Source: an uncultured Candidatus Rokubacteria bacterium
Lineage (GTDB): Bacteria > Methylomirabilota > Methylomirabilia > Rokubacteriales > CSP1-6
Direction of reading: 5' to 3'
NCBI GenBank assembly: GCA_963771355.1
Contig: CAVYTA010000005.1
Location: 224,001 to 288,000, forward strand
DNA: 64,000 nucleotides
Shown here: positions 9,612 to 18,921 of the stretch, piece after piece
Layout: each line of letters starts with the position of its first letter
How positions within the stretch are numbered: the first letter of the stretch is position 1
Made by a program: the position numbers and the translations under genes
Notes under the pieces: model-generated
The model's input: only the letters and a program-made list of their open reading frames with translations
Databases searched by the model: none
Told to the model about the DNA's origin: nothing

Positions 9612-10421
9612 ATGTCCACCCCCACCGCGGGCCCGTCCCTGGACGGGCGCACCGTACTCATCACCGGTGCCGCCGGCGGCATTGGCGCCGCCACCGCGCG
9701 TCGGCTCGCCGCCGCGGGGGCCCGCCTGGTGCTCGCCGACCTCGACGGCGGCGGGGTCGAGAAGCTCGCCGCGGAGCTGGGGGCCGCCGCGGTGGCCGCC
9801 GACGTCACCCGCCCGGCCGATATCGCGCGAATGGTCGATGAGCCCTACCGGCGCTGGGGCCGGCTCGACGTGCTGTTCAACAACGCGGGCGTCATCCGGG
9901 TGCAGCCCATGCTGGACGTCACCGAGGCGGAGTGGGACCGCGTGCTCGACGTGAATCTCCGCGCCGTGTTCTTCGTGCTGCAGGCGGCGGCGCACCGCAT
10001 GGTGGATCAGACGCCGATGGCCGGCTCGGAGCTGCGCGGCAAGCTCATCCAGACCGCCTCCATTGCCGCCTATCGCGGCGCCAATCCGATGGTCGGGCCG
10101 TACGCCGCCTCCAAGGCCGGCGTGGTGAGCCTGACGCGCACCGCCGCCCAGGCGCTGGCGCGCCGGCGCATCACCTCGAATTGCATCTGCCCGGGCGCGG
10201 TGGACACGGCGATGTGGCAGCAGATCGATCGCGAGTGGGGCGCGCTCGAAGGCCTCGCGCCGGGGGAGGCCTGGAAACGCCGGACTTCCGGGATTCCGCT
10301 CGGCCGTCCCGAGACGGCCGACGACGTGGCGGGGCTGGTGCAGTTTCTCGCCGGCCCCGACTCCGACTACATGACGGGCCAGGCCATCAACATGGACGGC
10401 GGCCTCGTCATGGGCAACTAG
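9612..10421 (+). CDS. short-chain dehydrogenase/reductase (SDR; polyol/acetoin dehydrogenase-like)
   Basis: TGAAGGIG, NNAG, YAASK, YMTGQAINMDGG. Confidence 0.92.
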   Translation: MSTPTAGPSLDGRTVLITGAAGGIGAATARRLAAAGARLVLADLDGGGVEKLAAELGAAAVAADVTRPADIARMVDEPYRRWGRLDVLFNNAGVIRVQPMLDVTEAEWDRVLDVNLRAVFFVLQAAAHRMVDQTPMAGSELRGKLIQTASIAAYRGANPMVGPYAASKAGVVSLTRTAAQALARRRITSNCICPGAVDTAMWQQIDREWGALEGLAPGEAWKRRTSGIPLGRPETADDVAGLVQFLAGPDSDYMTGQAINMDGGLVMGN

Positions 10422-10582
10422 CCGCGCGCGTTCTTCCCCCACCTTTTGCGGATGTCCGTAACCTCCGCATCGAGCAATAATTACACGCCCTTACACGGTT
10501 ATTCCGGACCGGCTCGCCCGCTCCCAGGCCGGCCTCCTCCCGCTCGCGACTGTGTGGCGGGCGCTTGCGACGCACCGGCCCC

Positions 10583-10598
10583 TGGCACGGTGGATGCT
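10583..10598 (+). promoter_or_regulatory. sigma-54 promoter
   Basis: TGGCACG-GTGG-ATGCT. Confidence 0.6.
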
Positions 10599-10764
10599 CC
10601 GTTCTGCGATGCATGACGCGGAAAGAGATGCGTCGCCGGCTCCGTGACGGTCTTGCCCATCTCGGGCGTCTCCTCGAACTCGCACCTCGCCGTCACCCAT
10701 GGGTGATGGTGGTGCGAGCGCCCGGGACCACGGCGGTCGGCGCGCGATCAACAAGGAGGACGTC

Positions 10765-11145
10765 ATGAACGGAGAAGGTACGGCAACCACCTTCGTCGCC
10801 ATGGTGGCGTTCGGCATCGTGGTGCTGCTCGCCATCGGGATCATCGGGCGCCTGCTCGATCTGCGGCGCCGCCGCGAGGACGAGGCGCTCGGTCTGCAGT
10901 CGCGCGTGTCCGACGCGTTGATGCTCGAGCCCGGGCTCGCGGGGCTCGCGGTGACCGCCAGCATGCACGTGCCGCTGTGGCCGCGGAAGGCGCCGAAGCT
11001 CGAGATCGCGGGGCGGGTGCCCACGCCCGACCAGCACGAGCTCGCCTCCCGGGTCGCCATGCGGACGCTCGCCGACCGTGCCGCCCAGGTGGAGATCGAG
11101 GACAAGGTGTGGGTGGATCCCGTGATGCGGGAACACGCAGCGTGA
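10765..11145 (+). CDS. hypothetical membrane-anchored protein (possibly BON-like fold)
   Basis: AAGGAGG RBS, N-terminal TM helix, then a small alpha/beta domain. Confidence 0.65.
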   Translation: MNGEGTATTFVAMVAFGIVVLLAIGIIGRLLDLRRRREDEALGLQSRVSDALMLEPGLAGLAVTASMHVPLWPRKAPKLEIAGRVPTPDQHELASRVAMRTLADRAAQVEIEDKVWVDPVMREHAA

Positions 11146-11561
11146 AGTGGCTGAAGGGGCGCCGGGCCGCGATCGGCGCGGTCACGGCGCTGCTGGTTAC
11201 CGTCGCCGGTTACTCCGTCACGCGGGCACTAGTCGACGTTCACCCGGCGCCGAAACCCGACCGCGGCCGCGAGTCGCGTGGCTCCAGCTTCGAGGTAGAG
11301 GACGCCACGGTGAAGAAGGTGGATCTCGCGGAGTCTCGGATCGAGCTGGCGTCGGATCTGCTGGGACTGTTCGGCGCCCGGCTCGTGGTTACGGATCGCA
11401 CGGAGATCCTGCTGGACGGCCAGCAAGCCCGCCTGGCCGACCTTCCCGAGGGGGCGCGGGTCCAGGCGAGATACGACCTGCGTGACGGCATGAAAATCGC
11501 CCGAACGATCACCGCGGAGACGCCCAAGCCGGAGCCGGTCCCCACCCCCAGCGGCCGTTAG
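11142..11561 (+). CDS. hypothetical exported protein (DUF5666-like OB fold)
   Basis: GTG start overlapping the previous stop; TM segment; [27 protein letters not shown] pattern. Confidence 0.6.
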   Translation: MKWLKGRRAAIGAVTALLVTVAGYSVTRALVDVHPAPKPDRGRESRGSSFEVEDATVKKVDLAESRIELASDLLGLFGARLVVTDRTEILLDGQQARLADLPEGARVQARYDLRDGMKIARTITAETPKPEPVPTPSGR

Positions 11562-11587
11562 TAGCGCTCAGCGACTCCCGAGGACGC

Positions 11588-12241
<654 letters not shown>

Positions 12242-12271
12242 GACAATCCTCCTCGGCGCCCCCGGGCGCCG

Positions 12272-13468
12272 CTAGACGACGTTCTTGTCCCGCAGCGCCT
12301 GGATGCGCGCGGGCGTGTAGCCGTGCTCGGCCAGGATCTCGTCGGTGTGTTCCCCTCGCTGCGGCGCGGCCCGCCGCACCCCCGGGCTCATGCGCGAGAA
12401 GTGGAGCGGGGTGCCGACCACCGGGATCTCGCCGAGCTTGCTGTGGCGCACCCGCTGGACGATGCCGCGTTCCGCCGTCTGGGGATCGTTCATGACCTGG
12501 TCCACGGTATTGACCGGGGTCGCCGGCACATCGGCTTCCTCCAGGATCTTGAGGAGCGGCTCCCGATCCCGCTGCGCGATCGCCTGCTCCAGGATGCCTT
12601 CCAGCTCTGCGCGGTTCTTCACCCGATCCTGATTCTTGGCGAAGCGCGGATCCTCGGTCATCCCGCCCAGGTCGATGGCGCGGGCGAGCTTGCCCCAGAA
12701 GCGGTCATTCGCGGCGGCGATGAAGATCCACTGGCCGTCGCGGCACTTGAAGTTCCGGTAAGGAGACAGCGACGGATGCCCGGAGCCCAGCGCGGTGGGG
12801 ATGGCTCCGGTGAGGAGATACCCCTCGGCGTGGAAGGCGAGGAGGCTCACCGCGGTCTCGAGCAGCGAGGCGTCCACCCGCTGGCCGAGCCCGGTACGCT
12901 GGCGCTGGAGCAACGCGGCGGAGACACCCAGCGCGCAGAGAATCCCGGTGGAGAGATCGAGGAAGGAGACGCCCGCGCGCACCGGCTGACCGCCCGGCTC
13001 ACCGGTGATGGACATGATGCCGCTGAAGGCCTGCATGAGCGCCTCGTACCCCGGCGCGTCCTTGCGGGGCCCGGTACGCCCGAAGGCGGAGACCGAGCAG
13101 TAGATGAGCTTGGGATTGAGCTCGGAAAGAACCTCGTAGCCGAGCCCGAAGCTCTCCATGGTGCCGGTGCGGAAGTTCTCGATGACGACGTCGGCGCCCT
13201 TCACGAGCGCCTTCACCACCTCCACGCCCTCGGGCGCCTTGAGGTCCAGCGTCATGGCGCGCTTGTTGCGGTTGAAGAGGAGGTAGGCCGCCGCCTCCCC
13301 GTCCTTGTGAGGCGGCCAGGTGCGCGACTCGTCGCCGGTGCCGGTGTCCTCCACCTTGATGACGTCGGCGCCGAGGTCGGACAGCAGGGCGCCGCACCAG
13401 GGGCCGGCGATCACGCGGGAGAGATCCACCACACGGACACCGTCGAGGGCGAGCGGGAAGGGGGTCAT
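12272..13468 (-). CDS. class III CoA-transferase (CaiB/BaiF family)
   Basis: LDGVRVVDLSRVIAGP, LGADVIKVE, NRNKR, ENFR. Confidence 0.93.
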   Translation of the reverse strand: MTPFPLALDGVRVVDLSRVIAGPWCGALLSDLGADVIKVEDTGTGDESRTWPPHKDGEAAAYLLFNRNKRAMTLDLKAPEGVEVVKALVKGADVVIENFRTGTMESFGLGYEVLSELNPKLIYCSVSAFGRTGPRKDAPGYEALMQAFSGIMSITGEPGGQPVRAGVSFLDLSTGILCALGVSAALLQRQRTGLGQRVDASLLETAVSLLAFHAEGYLLTGAIPTALGSGHPSLSPYRNFKCRDGQWIFIAAANDRFWGKLARAIDLGGMTEDPRFAKNQDRVKNRAELEGILEQAIAQRDREPLLKILEEADVPATPVNTVDQVMNDPQTAERGIVQRVRHSKLGEIPVVGTPLHFSRMSPGVRRAAPQRGEHTDEILAEHGYTPARIQALRDKNVV

Positions 13469-13493
13469 GGCGGGTATGATACCGCGTCCCGGC

Positions 13494-14222
13494 TCAGATT
13501 TGCCGGGCGAGGAAGGCGGCCTTGTCCATGCGGTTCAGGATGCTCACCACTCGGCGTTGATACGCGGGCGACGTCGCCCCGGGATGCCAGGCGCGCGGCC
13601 TGGGCAGGCCGGCGGCCAGCGCGGCCGCCTCGCGCGGCTCCAGATCGGCGGCGGCCTTGCCGAAGTAGCGCTGGCTCGCCGCGCCCGCGCCGTAGACGCC
13701 GGGGCCGAACTCCGCCACGTTGAGGTAGAGCTCGAGGATGCGCCGCTTGGGCAGCGCGCGCTCGAGCTGCCAGGTGAGCACGGCCTCCCGGAGCTTCCGC
13801 AGTGGACTGCGCGACGATGAGAGCCACAGGTTCTTGGCGAGCTGCTGAGTGATGGTGGAGGCGCCCCGGGGCAGGCCGCCCTCGCGGAGGGCTTCCTCCA
13901 CCGCGTTCTGCATCTCCTTGAGCGCGAAGCCATGATGCGAGAAGAAGCCGATGTCCTCGGACACGAGCACCGCGCGCTTGAGGCTGGGGGAGATGGCCGC
14001 GTACGGCGTCCACGTCCAGACCATCCGCTCGGACTTGCCCTCCGCGCGCAGACGCGCCCGGTGGTCCTCGATGAAGGCGGTGGTGACGGGACGCTCGCGG
14101 GCGAGGCGTGCCACGTCGGGCCAGGTCCAGTACTCCCAGCCCGCCCAGCCGAGCATGGCCAGCAGGACCAGAGCCAGGACTCGAAGTCCCCACCGGGGTC
14201 GCGACTTGCTCCGGGCCGCCAT
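13494..14222 (-). CDS. mtgA: monofunctional peptidoglycan transglycosylase
   Basis: SED..F.HHGF, RGASTITQQLAKNL, KRRILELYLN. Confidence 0.92.
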   Translation of the reverse strand: MAARSKSRPRWGLRVLALVLLAMLGWAGWEYWTWPDVARLARERPVTTAFIEDHRARLRAEGKSERMVWTWTPYAAISPSLKRAVLVSEDIGFFSHHGFALKEMQNAVEEALREGGLPRGASTITQQLAKNLWLSSSRSPLRKLREAVLTWQLERALPKRRILELYLNVAEFGPGVYGAGAASQRYFGKAAADLEPREAAALAAGLPRPRAWHPGATSPAYQRRVVSILNRMDKAAFLARQI

Positions 14223-14280
14223 TTCCTCTATGTTCTCCCGGGACCCGCGCCTCACACCCTCAGAATAAGGAGACCCCGCG

Positions 14281-14859
14281 ATGCCGCCCGTCGACCCCAA
14301 TGAGCCCATGATGACCGGTGAGAACTCCTTCATCCGGCTGAGTCTGGATGGAGGCAAGAACCTGTCGGACCGCGCCAGCCACTGGCGGGTGCTCTGGTGC
14401 CCCGTGGGCGCCGGCCACACGCTGTTCCTCCAGAGCACGCTCACCGACAACAAGGTCCGCATCTACTCGGACAACATCGCGGTGGCCCGCTGGCTGCAGA
14501 CGAACATCGAGTCGCTGCTCTTCCCCACCTTCGCGGACACCGCGCTGCCGGTGATGTCCGCGGAGTTCGCGCGCGCGGGCGGCCCGCGCTCGGCGGCGAC
14601 GGAGACCGTGGCCGCCTCCGACGCCCGGATCACCATGTCCTGGTACGACTGCATCGACCCCTTCGTGCTCCACGCGCCGCCCGGCTTCAACAACCGCCCC
14701 ATCGGGGTCTTCAGCACCTTTTTCCCCGCGCGGTCGGCCCAGCTCGAGATCAACGGCAAGGTGGCGACGGGCAGCGTGTGGCCCGAGATGCGAGGCGACC
14801 GGCAAGGCTCCAGCGCCTGCCTCGCGTGGTCGGAAACCTGGGTGAAGCCGCGCGCGTAG
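14281..14859 (+). CDS. hypothetical protein
   Basis: AAGGAG RBS and coding-like codon bias; family not recognised. Confidence 0.75.
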   Translation: MPPVDPNEPMMTGENSFIRLSLDGGKNLSDRASHWRVLWCPVGAGHTLFLQSTLTDNKVRIYSDNIAVARWLQTNIESLLFPTFADTALPVMSAEFARAGGPRSAATETVAASDARITMSWYDCIDPFVLHAPPGFNNRPIGVFSTFFPARSAQLEINGKVATGSVWPEMRGDRQGSSACLAWSETWVKPRA

Positions 14860-14873
14860 GCAGCCCGCGGCCA

Positions 14874-14912
14874 CGCCGGGCGCCGCCCCGCTCGAGGGGG
14901 CGGCGCCCGGCG
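14874..14912. terminator. 16-bp GC-rich hairpin between convergent genes (bidirectional terminator-like)
   Basis: CGCCGGGCGCCGCCCC-7 nt-GGGGCGGCGCCCGGCG. Confidence 0.6.
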
Positions 14913-14917
14913 GAGGC

Positions 14918-15535
14918 CTAGGAGTTGAGCGCCTCGTGGACCTTGCCGACCATCTTGGCGCCGGGATTCACGAGGGTCTTGTCGCCCTCGTCCTTCCACT
15001 TCGACGGGCAGACCTCGTTGGTCTTCTTGCCCATGTAGAGGTTGGCCTTGAACTTCCGCATCATCTCGTCGATGTTCCGGCCGAGGTTGTAGAAGTTCAT
15101 CTCCATGTTCAGGAGCTTGCCCTCGGGGTTGATGATGAAGGTGCCCCGGAGGTCCAGGCCGGTGTTCTCGTCGTAGACGCCGAACATGCGCGAGATCTTC
15201 CCGGTGGGATCGGCGCCCATCTGGTACTTCACGTTGGCCAGCTCCTTCTCGCTCCGCTGCCACGCGAGGTGGGAGAACTGGGTGTCGGTGCTCACGGTGA
15301 CGATGTCGCAGCCCATCCGCTCGAACCGGTCATGCTGCTCTGCCAGAGCAGCGAACTCGGTCGCTCAGACGAAGGTGAAGTCGGCGGGGTAGAAGAAGAG
15401 GATGGACCAGCGCTTCTTGGCGATCTGATCCTTGAGGCTGAACTTGCCGAAATCTCCCTTGACGGGGTCGAAAGTGGTGAGCTCGAAGTCCGGGACGATC
15501 TGCCCCAGCTTGAGCCCCGTGCTCGAATCAGACAT
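14918..15535 (-). CDS. prxU: selenocysteine-containing peroxiredoxin (AhpC/PrxU type), Sec at codon 57
   Basis: FFYPADFTFV-TGA-ATE with TGA at 15365-15367 in the peroxidatic Cys position; frame open from ATG 15535; resolving EVCP retained; SECIS-like hairpin downstream. Confidence 0.9.
15334..15352 (-). promoter_or_regulatory. bacterial SECIS-like stem-loop
   Basis: GCTGCTCT-GGC-AGAGCAGC, 12 nt 3' of the in-frame UGA. Confidence 0.75.
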
Positions 15536-15636
15536 ACGGATCTGCCTCCCTGGCTCGTGATTTTGGTGTGCGTCTGGTCGCGCCCGACGCTGCGCGCGAC
15601 CCCTCCATAGCTAGCGGACGGGCGACGCGGTTGCGA

Positions 15637-16683
15637 CTAGTCGCGAGGCGCTGCCGGGGCCATGGGCGGCCGCGCGGGCGCGAGGCAGCAGCCGGGAGCG
15701 CAGACGTCGGGCGCGGGGCCCCCGCGCCCCAGCGCAAGACGGGGCGCGTCTCCGGTGCGTTCCCGAACCAGCTCGCGGATCATGGCCACGAAACCCGGAT
15801 GCGTGCCGACGGTGGCGGCGCGGGTGAGTCGCATGCCGAGCTCGCGGGCGCGCGCGGCCGCCTCGATGTCCAGGTCCCACTGGACCTCGAGGTGATCGGA
15901 CACGAAGCCGATGGGCACGAGGACCACCTCGGTGACGCCCCGCGCCCGGAGCGCGGCCAGGTGATCGCGGATGTCCGGCTCGAGCCAGGGCTGGGACGGG
16001 GGCCCGCTGCGGCTCTGGAAGGCGAGCGCCCACGGGTGCCGGCTCCGCAGCCGCGCCGCCACGAGCCCGCTGGCCTCCTCGAGCTGGGCCACGTAGGCGC
16101 TGGTGTCCGCGGTGGACCGCGGCACGCTGTGCGCGGTGAAGGCCAGATGCGCCTCCCCCCGCGCATCATCGGGGAGCATGGCCAGCGCCGCCTCGGTGTG
16201 CTCCACCATCGGCTCGATGAAGCCCGGGTGATCCCAGTACAGGCGGAGCTTGTCGATGACGGGCGCGCGGGCGCCCACCTCCGCGCGGGCGCGCGCGATG
16301 TCCTCCAGATACTGCCGGCACGACGAGTATGAGGCGAAGGCGGAGGTGACGAAGGCCAGCGCGCGGCGGATGCCGTCGTCCGCCATCCGCGCGACGGTCT
16401 CGGTGAGGAGCGGTTGCCAGTTGCGGTTGCCCCAGTAGAGCGGTAAGGCGGGTCCCTGGGAGTCCAGGAGCGCCCGCAGCGCCGCCAGCAGCGCACGATT
16501 CTGCGCGTTGATGGGGCTGACGCCGTCGAAGCGGTAGTAGTGTTCCGCCACCTCGAGGAGGCGCTCGCGCGGAACGCTGCGGCCGCGCGTGACGTTCTCG
16601 AGAAATGGCATCACGTCGTCGCGCTTCTCGGGACCGCCGAAGGACACGAGCAGGATCGCGTCGTAGGGAGTGGTCGAGTCCAT
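15637..16683 (-). CDS. hemH: ferrochelatase (HemH/CpfC)
   Basis: LLVSFGGPE, GVSPIN, YWGNRNW, FTAHS, QSRSG..PWLEP, GFVSDHLE. Confidence 0.93.
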   Translation of the reverse strand: MDSTTPYDAILLVSFGGPEKRDDVMPFLENVTRGRSVPRERLLEVAEHYYRFDGVSPINAQNRALLAALRALLDSQGPALPLYWGNRNWQPLLTETVARMADDGIRRALAFVTSAFASYSSCRQYLEDIARARAEVGARAPVIDKLRLYWDHPGFIEPMVEHTEAALAMLPDDARGEAHLAFTAHSVPRSTADTSAYVAQLEEASGLVAARLRSRHPWALAFQSRSGPPSQPWLEPDIRDHLAALRARGVTEVVLVPIGFVSDHLEVQWDLDIEAAARARELGMRLTRAATVGTHPGFVAMIRELVRERTGDAPRLALGRGGPAPDVCAPGCCLAPARPPMAPAAPRD

Positions 16684-16954
16684 GCCGAACAAGTGTAAGG
16701 CTTACACTCTCGCCATGTAATTCCTCCATTTTCGCTGCCGGCGAAGAATTCTCCCGCGGCGTGCGGGCGGCGGAAGGTCCTTGCCGCGCGCCATTTTACG
16801 ACGCATGCGCGATCGCATCTCGCGAGCATGGTGGTGGCCGGTGAACTCTTCCAACCGCGCGGCGGTTAGGACTGGTGAACGGATCGATAGCGGCGAGGGG
16901 CGCCCGAACGATCAGCGCGCCCTCGTCGAACAACTCAACCAGGAGGAGCATTCA

Positions 16955-17350
16955 ATGAGCAGGATTCGCCTCGTAGCGATGTTCGTGGCCGCCGCGTTCT
17001 CGGTGTGGACCGTGGGTTCCGCCGTCGCGCAGGCGCCCGCGCCGGCCGCCAAGCCGGCGGAGACCAAGCCCGCGGACCCGGCGAAGCCGGCCATGGAGAC
17101 CAAGCCGGCCGACAAGCCCACGGAGAAGTCGGCCACCAAGGAAGAGGGTAAGGCGAAGGACCCCAAGGCCGCCAAGAGCAAGGCCAAGGGCGAGGAGAAG
17201 ATGACGAAGTCGGGTGACAAGCCGGCCGAGAAGTCGGCGGCCACCCCCGCCACGCCGGCGGCGCCGGCCACGCCGGGTGACAAGGGGGCGGCCACGCCCG
17301 CGGTGCCGGCCAAGCCCGCCGAGCCCGCGAAGCCCGCCTCGAAGAACTAG
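16955..17350 (+). CDS. secreted low-complexity Pro/Ala/Lys-rich protein
   Basis: AGGAGGAG RBS, signal peptide ending AVAQ, KPA/PAT repeats, followed by a hairpin. Confidence 0.75.
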   Translation: MSRIRLVAMFVAAAFSVWTVGSAVAQAPAPAAKPAETKPADPAKPAMETKPADKPTEKSATKEEGKAKDPKAAKSKAKGEEKMTKSGDKPAEKSAATPATPAAPATPGDKGAATPAVPAKPAEPAKPASKN

Positions 17351-17370
17351 CTCTCGAGCGCGCCGTTCCC

Positions 17371-17402
17371 CCGGGGCGTCACCCAGATGGGTGGCGCCCC
17401 GG
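17371..17402 (+). terminator. putative terminator hairpin
   Basis: CCGGGGCGTCACCC-AGAT-GGGTGGCGCCCCGG after the stop at 17350. Confidence 0.55.
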
Positions 17403-17446
17403 TCGGGTTCCGGGGCCCTTGATCCGGGTGTAGTCTTGATACTGAC

Positions 17447-17983
17447 ATGTGGGCCATGGCGGGCGGATCGGTGCGGTCGTTCGGGCTCCTCGCGGGGGCA
17501 ATCCTCGCCCTGACGGCGTTGCCGGCCTCGGCCGGTTGGCTCGAGGAGTCGGGCCTGTCCTTCATCGATCCGCCGAAGGCCGCGGACTCCACGCCCTCGC
17601 CGTTCAGCTACCTCGATATCTCGGTGGTGCGCGATGGCACGGAGAGCGCGCTGCGCATGCCGCTGGCGCCCGGCGACGATGCGCGGGACTCGGCGCGCTT
17701 CAGTCGTTTCGTGCCTTATCTCTCGGTGGGCGCCAACCTGCTCGGCCTCGACAGCGGCCGGGATGCCACGGGCCCGCTGTTCGAGAACGCGCGGAATCCG
17801 CGCAAGGGTGTGGAGGTCGGCGCGGGAGTCGCGTGGAAGCTGTTCGAGCGCGTGGAGCTGTTCGGCGAGTACCGCTTCCTGCACGTGAATCCCGATCCCG
17901 CCGACGCCGCGAGCACCGGACTGTTCCGCCGCGATCTCGACGGACCCACCCTCAAGGGCGGCATCAACATCCGCCTACCGTAG
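17447..17983 (+). CDS. putative outer-membrane beta-barrel-like exported protein
   Basis: Signal peptide; amphipathic strands PYLSVGA, VEVGAGVAW, LFGEYRF, GGINIRL. Confidence 0.6.
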   Translation: MWAMAGGSVRSFGLLAGAILALTALPASAGWLEESGLSFIDPPKAADSTPSPFSYLDISVVRDGTESALRMPLAPGDDARDSARFSRFVPYLSVGANLLGLDSGRDATGPLFENARNPRKGVEVGAGVAWKLFERVELFGEYRFLHVNPDPADAASTGLFRRDLDGPTLKGGINIRLP

Positions 17984-18011
17984 GCGCCCCGCCGCTCCCA
18001 CGCCACCGAGT

Positions 18012-18127
18012 CGGCGAGAAGGGGCCAGATGCGAGGCGGCGCCCGAGTGCCGGATGCGAGGCGTAGTCTCTCTACGTCGAGCATGCGGCCGAGAGGCGCC
18101 AACGAAGCAGATGGACCCTTATCGCCG
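18012..18127. repeat. 116-nt nested imperfect palindrome (REP/MITE-like element)
   Basis: CGGCGA.AAGGG..CCCTT.TCGCCG termini with inner stems GGCGCC/GGCGCC, GCCG/CGGC, ATGC/GCAT and CGTAG/CTACG. Confidence 0.7.
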
Positions 18128-18847
18128 CTCGGGCGCCTGCCAGGAGGCGTGGCCGACGAAGAACGGCCCCAACCGCTCGATGTACTCCGAGGTCTGGATC
18201 GTCCGGCGCATGGCCTGGATCAGGTGCGAGAGCGGATGGAGCTCGGGTCCGACCAGGCCGATGACGAAGTCGTTGTCGTTGGTGTCGAGCCCGTAGCAGG
18301 CTAGCCGGATGTCATGCGCCAGGTCGGCCGCACCGTAGGCGCGGCCGATGGTGGCGTGCTCGCGCAGGATCTTCCCCTGGTCTTCCCGCGAGAGCTTGGC
18401 AAACGCTCCCGTGCGGCGCAACGGATACCAGATGGCCCAGGGCCAGGCCGGATTCAGCGCGGTGAGCCGGGGTCGCCGGAGGAGCCACTCCGCGAGATCG
18501 GGCTCGAAGCCGGACGCATAGCTCCGGCCGAGCATGGTCAGCGCGGGCCGGTGGGTGAGGGTGTCGAAGGGTTCGGCGGCCAGGATCTCGCGGAAGCGCG
18601 TGACGAAGAACGCCGGGTCCTCGTGCATCCCCAGCACGCCCACGCCGCGGGGATCGTTGACGTCGCGGTAGAGGGCCGCCTCCACGCCCGCCTTTTCCAG
18701 CGCGGCCGCGAGCGGCTTGGGATCCGCGCAGCCGCCGTAGACCTGGAGCTGCATGTAGAGCCGCCGGTCCAGGGCCTGGCCGCCGGCCCCGCGCTCCTGG
18801 ACGTCGATCTGAGTCTCTCCTGGCTTGGTCTCTCCCGGCTCGCTCAT
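18119..18847 (-). CDS. chlorite dismutase/coproheme decarboxylase (ChdC/HemQ) family protein
   Basis: WYPLRR, proximal His in ILREHATIG, YGLDTNDNDFVIG, GPFFVG. Confidence 0.8.
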   Translation of the reverse strand: MSEPGETKPGETQIDVQERGAGGQALDRRLYMQLQVYGGCADPKPLAAALEKAGVEAALYRDVNDPRGVGVLGMHEDPAFFVTRFREILAAEPFDTLTHRPALTMLGRSYASGFEPDLAEWLLRRPRLTALNPAWPWAIWYPLRRTGAFAKLSREDQGKILREHATIGRAYGAADLAHDIRLACYGLDTNDNDFVIGLVGPELHPLSHLIQAMRRTIQTSEYIERLGPFFVGHASWQAPERR

Positions 18848-18921
18848 GGCTCGCTCCGCCCCGAGGCTACCAGCGCTCGAGGGGCAAGACAACCGGCGGG
18901 CGCGGCGCTAGAATGCAGCCC

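Noticed and set aside
17040..17340. DNA repeat element within the Pro/Ala/Lys-rich gene
   Set aside because: Explained by low-complexity protein coding (KPA/PAT repeats)
18119..18847. True chlorite dismutase implying perchlorate/chlorite respiration
   Set aside because: The distal Arg appears absent, the ChdC-type Tyr motif is present and a ferrochelatase gene is nearby
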